Assembly (NCBI GenBank): GCA_002378195.1 | Contig: DFRJ01000002.1 | Span: 270,816-327,676, forward strand | Direction: 5' to 3' | Length of the DNA: 56,861 nt | From: Patescibacteria group bacterium UBA3466 | Lineage (GTDB): Bacteria; Patescibacteriota; Minisyncoccia; Phycocordibacterales; UBA918 | Shown here: one piece after another, positions 45,601 through 54,600 of the stretch | Layout: each line of letters begins with the position of its first letter | How positions within the stretch are numbered: the stretch's first letter is position 1 | Made by a program: the position numbers and the translations under genes | Notes under the pieces: generated by a model | The model's database searches: none | Told to the model about the DNA's origin: nothing | The model's input: only the letters and a program-made list of their open reading frames with translations

Positions 45601-48600
45601 AATCAGGCATGTAAATAGAAGAACTATCAGAAATAGTTGAACTACTGATGGTGGAGTTCCAAATCACAATATTAGTACTGCTAGACACCTCAACCACAGC
45701 ATAATCGTCACCTGAATCTAGTCGACCTGTCACGACATAATCACCACCAGACAGCACCAAAGTACTATCTGTCCAAGTAGTAGACGATGAAGCGAAAGAG
45801 TTATTGAAGATTCCTTCAACGGTCATAGTCGTGTTTGGTGACTGTAAGTAGTCGGCTCCAGTGATGAGCGAGAGATTATTGTTTACAGTGTTGGTCGCAA
45901 CAATCCAACCACCACCCACACCATTAAATGACAAATTCCAGAAAGCACCGTCACCGAAGGCCACAGTTTCACCAAGATCGTTACTATCGAAGGTGGTGGT
46001 TGCATTGTTTGGATCATAGGTACCACCAATATTGAGAGCTGAACCACCAATTGTAAAGTTGGTAGTTGGAGCCACTAGTTGAGAACCATTAATGGTTACG
46101 TTACCGTCTACATCAGTAGTAGCCTCATTGAGAGTAAATACCGGCGCCACATCCTCAAGCGCTTCATCGGTGACACTGTAGAAACTAGCCGGATCATCAA
46201 GAGTAGCAAATTCAGCCGCTATCCAAGCATCAGATCGCGTAGTGCTAGAGAATCTCACTTCATCTACAAAACCATCAAGCGCTTCTCCAATACCAGTGGA
46301 GCTATCAACAGCTCCATCTTGCTCAGCACCAAATATTAGACCGTCGGCGTTAATAGTCAGCGTTGCTCCAACAACATTAGTATCGGTGTAGACCTCAGCC
46401 CCGTTGTAGAAGTACCCAGCAAAGTCACTGGCGGAGTCGTCTGAATAAGTGTAGACAAACTGCCTCCAAACACCATCACCGATATCGGCAATCGCCACTT
46501 GTCCCCCCTGGTTAGACGAACCATTACTATATGTTTCCATTAATGTGCTGTTTTCCAGACGAACAATCAGTTCGTTTTCACCACCATAGCCACTCACAAA
46601 AGTAGGATCATTCCCGCCACCAGATGAGGTTTGGTACCAAGTAGAAATAGTCCACTCAGCTCGGTTGTCGATTAAACCAATCGGCAGATTAAGGTGGTCG
46701 AAGGTATCAGTACCGTTTACGTGATTAGCTTGGTCAAATTCCACACCACCTCCGATCAGACCAGTCGTACCGGTAGCATTAGTATCGTCTTCGGCATCAT
46801 TGGCATTACTGGTACTGTCCTTGTACTCAGCGACATTATCTCGACCAGACTGACCCTCATCCTCGAAGTGATAGACGGCCAAATAATCATTAGTCCAAAC
46901 ATTTTGCGCTCCAAAAGCAGTCGTAGACGCCACAGCGTCAGCGGCTGGATTATCGTAATAAAGATAGAAAGTAGAAGTGGATACATTAGATAATGAATTG
47001 GCTCGGAAATATAGTTCACCGGTCTCCCCTACAGTATCAATTGATACCAACTCTACCGGCACTTCTGTCTGCCCATCAGACTGAGTTACCCTGATATCGA
47101 CTCCACTCACATCAACATCCGACCAAAACGTTGCTCCAAGCGTAGATAGGTCGACATAAACTGGGAAAGCGCTAAGACTTTCGGTAATTGACTCAGGTGA
47201 AATCTCAATCACACTTCGCTTGCCCCAACTTAAGTCGTACCAATTAAATCCAACGACACCATTACCGAATATTACGTCGTTGAAGGACGACCCGCCGGCT
47301 GTCACATTTTCAGACGAAGGACTGGTGAACTTAACAGTTCCACCATTAGCATCAAAGGCACCGCCTGGTGTTTGCATACTGCCGCCGATTGCAAATACCC
47401 CACTTGGCAGCACCACATCACCATCATTAAAGACGACATCGTTGGTAGCTGTGGCGTTAGCATCATCGAAGATAATCGTACCCGAACCATCGAATGTCAC
47501 GTCATAGAAGGAATTAAAGAACTCAGTACCGTTTAGTGTAATGGTGGCAGTACCGCCTGTAGTAAATTCAACTTCGGCATTATTGTGTTGGAAGAAGCCG
47601 TTATTAGTGAAATCGCCCCCCACTGTCATCACTCCAGTCGGCAATGAAACTGTACCGGTCGCAATAGTAAAGTCACCATTCAAGGTCACTGATGGTTCGG
47701 TAAAGGCTGGTGTAGTAGTGGCGTCATCAAAAGTCAGATTATTAAAGGCGGAACCTCCAGAGGTAATATTGTGCGTCGCTTCATCAATCACCACTGGTGG
47801 CTGGTACGCCTCCACGCTTGAAGTTGAGAAGAAGATGTCAGGATTGCTTTGGTTATTCTCCTCTGTCGCCACCCAATCGGCATCGCGATTAGTTTTTGAG
47901 AAACGCAGTTCATCAATCTGACCGCTGAAGCTTCCGCCAGTTCCGGTTCTACCAATCTGGAGTCCGTTGGCGTTAGTGTTGGATGGATCAACCACAGTTT
48001 GTGACTGCGTCTCACGCAGGATACCGTCGTGATATACCAAGTTCGATTCTGCAGTTGATGTTACACCGATGGTTGTAAAGTGTGTGTAGTTAAGAGTGTC
48101 TCGTGGCAAGAAAGTATAAGTAGTTCCAGTCGTGTTTCCAAATACATACTGTCCGCGGTTGGTACCGCTGTCCCACGGCTCGAAGTAAAGCTGATCGGGC
48201 TGTGCGCCAGTACCAAACTGCCAGATCGCTTCATTGACTGCTGCTCCCAACAAATACCAACCAGACGTCTTCAAAGGATCGCCTGCCTCCCAAGTAAATG
48301 AACTATCACGCAACAGACCGGCCGACACACTCATATCTATCGCCAGACCCATCTGTCCAGTCGTGGTAGCTAGCCCGGCTCCTTCTACCAACAGGTCATT
48401 ACCGTTCCCAGACGCGTCACTAATTGTGTTCGACACTGAGGTTGGATCATCTTCAAAGTGGTATACGGCCTCAAAATCATTCCAAACTGTGTTTCTACCA
48501 TATGGATCATCTACTGCATAAGCGGTAGCAGTAGCGTTATTGTAGTAAATATAGAAAGTGGTTGAAGCTGTACCACTAATACTATTAGCCAAGAAATGCA

Positions 48601-51600
48601 ACTCACCAGTTTCGTTAGACGCATCGAACGAAACTAATTCGTAGGCCAGCTCTGTTTGACCGTCATCTTCAGTAATCCTGATATCGCCACCGTCACTCTT
48701 AACATCAGTCCAGAATTCTGAACCCAACATTGACAAATCAACATACAACGGTAAATCAGACACATCGGCTGGCACTTCATCCTCGTCTACCACCAAAGCG
48801 ATTCTGTCCTGGAAGCCAATATCAGAGTACCAGTCACTCGAACCTGGAGTAATCGGTGGGTACGTTCGATCGTCAGCCACGATTTCAACCGTACCAGTCT
48901 CAGCATTAAAGGTTCCGTTGTTGGTAAAATCACCGGCCACAAAGATAGTGCCAGAGCCTCCCGCCAGTGTGTCGTTTAGGCCAATAATGACATCGTACGC
49001 CGACACATCACCTGACACGGTGACAAATGCATTAGCACCATCAATCAACACATTACCGATATTTTGAGTTACTGGATTGTTATCAGTCCAAGTAAGGCCA
49101 GAACCGCCATCAAATGTAGTGGTTCCCGTACCGCTCCAGAAACCGCCCGATCCGTTGGTGAGACTACCAGCTAGATTAATATCAAAAGTTGATCGATCTA
49201 GAGTTCCGCTTGCCACAGTCAAGTCCCCCGATAGATCAAGATCAGTCGCGATGGTAAAGGTAGCCAGTCCAGCTCCTGAACCAAAGGAAAGGTTATGGAA
49301 ATCTAACGGACTTTCAAGGCTAGTAATAGTTTCCGCTCCGGAGGTGGCAGTCAGATTGATGGTTGAAATATCAGTAGACGATGTTGCATTATTTTCCCAA
49401 GAACCAGAAACGTTAAATACGTTGGCATCAAGCTCTATGATTCCGTCGTTAATGAAGTCATGAGTATCTATGGTTGCGACTGTCGAAGTTGACGGTAGAT
49501 AAATTTGGTTAGCTCCAACATAAAGATTAGCGTACGGACAGGTACCAACTCCACAGACTGTCAAATTGTTTGACACATCGACCTCAAAGAAGACATCCTC
49601 ATCACCAAGCGCTGTACTGTCATTTAACGCCAAGAGCGCATTGGTGGTAGTGCCGATCTCATCAGCGGCAATAGTGAGGTGTTGTTCGTACAAAGTCACA
49701 CCTGTGATGTCTCCCAAACCATCGTAAACAAATGAAGTAACCGCTTCGTCTTCTTCAAGAGCACCGTCTACCCATACTGTCACCACATCACCTTCAAAGG
49801 CGGTCACATTTGTGAGTGTCCACGTGCCAGCAGACACTGAAGCGCTGCCTACCACTGGACTACCGTTTACAGCCGCTCGAATAGTTCCCGCTCCCACATT
49901 GGTAATGCGGTCATACTCTTGCAAGGTACCGGACATGTTCACACCCTCACTCCACTCCAGCTGCCAGTCATCAAGAGTCGGACAATCAGCCCCGGAACAA
50001 TTGAGAGTAGCGAACGCCCTTATTTGCGGATAAAGATTGATATCAACATTTGTCAGATCTATTGGACTTGTACTGGTACCAGAGCTATTACCTGGAATCT
50101 GCCCGTCGGGAATAAGGGCGTAAACACCTTCACTTACCAGGTGCTCCATTTGGATCAAAACTTCACTCGCACCAGGTTCAGTAGCTGACCATGAGAAATT
50201 ATCAAACTTTGGTCCAGCGCCATCACTAAAGATGATGTCCTCACCCGCAATAGTACCAGCCAGACTACCGGTATCGGCTCGGACAATATTTCCAGCACTA
50301 TCTTCAAAGGCTGCGAACGACACAATGTTATCAATGTGACCGTCAGCAGTAGATCCTTGCTCGGAAATACTTACTGTCAAAGTAGTATTATTTTGTGTAC
50401 TACCAGTATCTTTTTGAGCAAAACCACCCTGCGCACCATCATCACCGTTGTTATGAATAACAGTTACTCCAGGAGTTGAACTAAAACCAGAAATGCTAAA
50501 TGAGTTTCCGGCTGCGCCACCTGTTACCACATCCGGTGAATTATTAAATTCAATATTAACTCCGGCGTTGGTACCTGTAGTGGTTGCCATCATCAGCCAG
50601 TCAATGTCCTCACCGCCAGTGTGCGTACTGGCTGAATGACGGCTTTCTGCCAGAGCTAGTCCGATTTGTGACACAGTAACCTCGTCAGCGTAGCCCCCGC
50701 CATCAATATGAGAGCCAATCCAATTTGAATCATTATTAGAAGAAATGGTAGCCAAAGCAGCTGGAGCAGAGTCAAATGCTGGGGAAATGGTCACGAGTTG
50801 AGAGACTCCGTTGGCATAACTTTCAACCTGCTTGGCAGTCACACCCTCTTCAGTACCAGCCACAATCCTAAAGCCGGACCCGCCGTTATCAACCTGCCAG
50901 TCTCCAGCCTCCATGACAATGTAGTCAACATCAGTACTACCAGTAAATGAATCAGTATAATCATCAACTTTAATCTCAAACGACTCAGTTGTCTTGTTGC
51001 GTACTCGAGCAGTTCGTCCATTATTAGTACCATTGAAATTAAACTCAGGCGAAGCTACCACCACCATATCAACATAGGCATTGGTGGTACTTACCGTAGT
51101 CCAATCATTATCAGTCAAAGCCACTGTTCCATATTCACCAATCACATTGGTTGTCTCCACCGAACCGGTGGTTGAAGCGATGGCTCCTGTTAATTCACCT
51201 TGCTGGAATTGTTCTCGAGTGGTCTGGAACCAAGTAGACAAAGTGGTACCGCTATTAATCGTGAACGAATCTGGATCCGACCACGGAGACCAAGAGTTTC
51301 CACCTTGTGGATCACGCGCTCTCGAACGCCACCAGTAGGTATTTCCATCTACAAACGGGGCACCGCCTGGTGTGGTGAAAGTGATTGTGTCACCTGAATT
51401 ATAAGGCGAACTGTCGCCACCATCAGCAATATTGGAGAATTGAGCACTGGTACTAGAGTTGTAGGTGGTAGAGCCACTGCTAAATAGAATGTCGGTACTA
51501 AATGATACCTCGTACTCAAGATCGTCACCCTGAGGATCCGTCGATACAAAGTCAAACACCGGTAATGTATCAGCCGTCTTTTGGTTATCAAACAAATCAC

Positions 51601-54600
51601 CTTGAACTGGCGTCTCTACTCGAAGACCCCAACGTACAGTCCATTCTTGCAATGACACTGTGGTACCTGACAAATTAGCCACTAACCTGATTTCGTTATA
51701 AGTGTCTGTATCTAGATCTAGGAGGTTAATCGGAGCTGTGGTGGTACCGATATCATTACCTGGAATCAAAGAGTTAGGCACTAGAGTCCATGAACCATTA
51801 TCGTTATATTGAACCTGAATCAAATTTGTGCCGGAAGTCTCCGTATCGGTCCAATCCACTTCACCCCACGCATTACCGACTGTCGCGTCATCAAAATCAA
51901 TCGCGGTTCCAATAATAGTCGCCGGTGAGCTAGACAGCGAAGCTGATCCAGACGGAGACGTGGTCGAAACATTAGTCAGCTCATTGGTATTAAACTGATC
52001 GCTGGTTGTTTGATACCACTCAGAAACAGTGATAACAGTGTCGGTAGTGAAGCTAGTCGGTACAGACCAGTCACTAGAAGTCGCCGAACCATCAGGGTCA
52101 CTCGCCCGCACCCTAAACCAGTAAGTGGTAGTTGGACTTAGAGCAACATTTGCGTTGTAACGTATCCGCTGCCCAGACGTAAACGGTGATTTATCTGACG
52201 GTACATCAAGGTTTTCAAAACGTACAAAGTTATCGTCAGAGTTTTCATCAATATCCACTGATCCAAAGTTGATATCGGTATCCACTTGTACCTGATAGTG
52301 AATATCATCGCCCGCAATGTCGGTAGCTGAAAATTCCAGAACCGGAGTCAAAACAGTAGTCTTTTCATTATCGAAGAAAAGCAGGTTGTCTGGAGTATTT
52401 GGTGGCCCAACCGTCTCAAGCTCTGGGTATAGAGTGTAGCTATTTAGAGCAGCTCCCTCAGCTCTTGCCATTCGGAAACAGTAGTTAGTATTAATATCTA
52501 CATTAGTTGCTTCTAGCACCCAGTCATATTCAATAACTTCTCCCGGCGGCACTTCTGCTGGCAGGAAGTCAGAGAAATTACGCTCCTCATAAGTACCAAA
52601 AATAGTGGAAGAAGCCAAGGTGGTACTGGATAAAGTTGTTCCATCCGGCACTAAAGCGTTGTTATATCCGGAGAAAGCGGCAGTGGTACTTCCCTGCTCA
52701 CCAATATCAAACCAGCTAGTCGCCAGACTACACTGCGAACTGGCCGCCGTTGCGTACTGCAACTTAAAGGCTGTTGAATTCTCTGTTCCAGTCGCGTTAC
52801 TGCCTTGCAAATTCAGCCTTAGCCGCAGGATATCGCCGTCTTCAACTGCTCCAGCCCCAGTAATAGCATCACCTTCGGCCACGGTCTCTGCTCCACCAAG
52901 CGGCCAACTGCTGGTTGGGGTTGTTTGATTAGCGTTTTCATACCAAGCAAATGATAGCTGGTCGTACTCAGCATCATTGGCCAATTCTTGAGGCAAGAAC
53001 AACAGATCAGATGTAAATATCTGGCTAAACTTTCGTGCCTGCACCGGACCAACTACGTTCTTCTCATCCTCACCGCCAGCCACTTCAGTATCTTCATAAA
53101 TCAGGAAGAACGGCACGTCGTTAGTGGCGATGACAGTATGTTCGCCACTATAGAAGGTGCCTTGGTTGGTACCAGTATTACTATCACCAATTCGTAAAGT
53201 TCCTGGATCAGTCGCTGTTGGGGTACAGGTACCAGAATCAATTTCTGTGCCAGTACTATCTACCAGAGAGATATTCACTGAACCGAAGCGCGGTGAACAG
53301 GCCACGGCAATAAACTGACTGTCGTTGGTTAATGCATACTGGGTACTAAACTCCATCTCCGGCCAGAACACGATACTTTCGTTACCGTCAGAGTCGGCCT
53401 GCTGGATAGCGGTCATATACTCCGTCTGTCCTGTCAAACGAACGCTGTCACCAGTAAACTGTGTACCAGCTGAACAGTTTGTACCACCTTGGTATTCACC
53501 TTGCAGAATACCAGTTTCGGAACCACTACCTCCACCGGAACAGAATACTGACGGATCCGGATTGTCTGCCAATGCCGTCATGTAATAGTTGTTTGAATCG
53601 AATCCGAACAAATCACGTGTAGTTGGCGGATAAGCTACCAGACCGTCTTGAGCTGTACCACCAGAACCACGATGCATGATCAGAACCGGACTAGTTGCCT
53701 CGAAGATAGCCGCGTCCGTACCTGCTGGACTACCAGCGTTTACTGTTGCAGTTGTACCCGTTGCGATATTGACCGTCTCACGCAAGGTGGTTCGCTCATA
53801 TGTCATCAAGGTCGTACTCGCGAATGGCGCATGCACGTAATATTGCTCAGTTCCTCGGTTGGTTGGAATAGCGTGAGTAGTAGTAGCAAAACTAATCGGA
53901 ACAATAGTGTCGCTACCATCAGTTGATGAGTTGTTAGTCACAGTACCAGAAATTGGCCCCAAAATACTGATGACTGACTCGCCATCAAAGGTACTAAAGG
54001 TCGTACGTTCACCAGCATTAAGCGGCACAGCTGCACCGCCGTCTATAGCCACTTCGTTATTATCTATCAAACTAACAATAGACACCTGATTGGCACCGCT
54101 GTCATCAACCACATAGAAAATGTCAGTCGAGGTACTATATGAGAAAGTAGCCAACTCATCACTAGCAGAAGAAGCTCCAGAATTGCCATAGTACAACCAA
54201 ATAATAGTATCTTCCCCAGCCGCCAACTCTTCTACCTGCACCCATATGTCTGCTTCTTCAGCTGTATCGTCAAAGTGCTGCACCCAGAAATCTAGTTCAA
54301 CAAATTCTGTAACCTGTAGCGTTTCCGCAGAAGATGTAGACATGAATGAATTTGGATCCACCAGGTTAGCGCCTTCGACTCGTGCCCAGGCTTCAGTTCG
54401 TGTAGTACTAGCAATACGGATTTCATCCAACAAACCGATAAATTCATTGGTGGCTTGGAAGTTACCAATCGCGGTTTGCTCTTGACCAATCACTAGACCG
54501 TTCACATCGATATCTAACGCATCGATCGCTTGAGTATCTGGGTTTTCAGTATCTGGAATACCATTTAGATAAAAATCAAATTCGTCAGTTGCGTCTTCAC

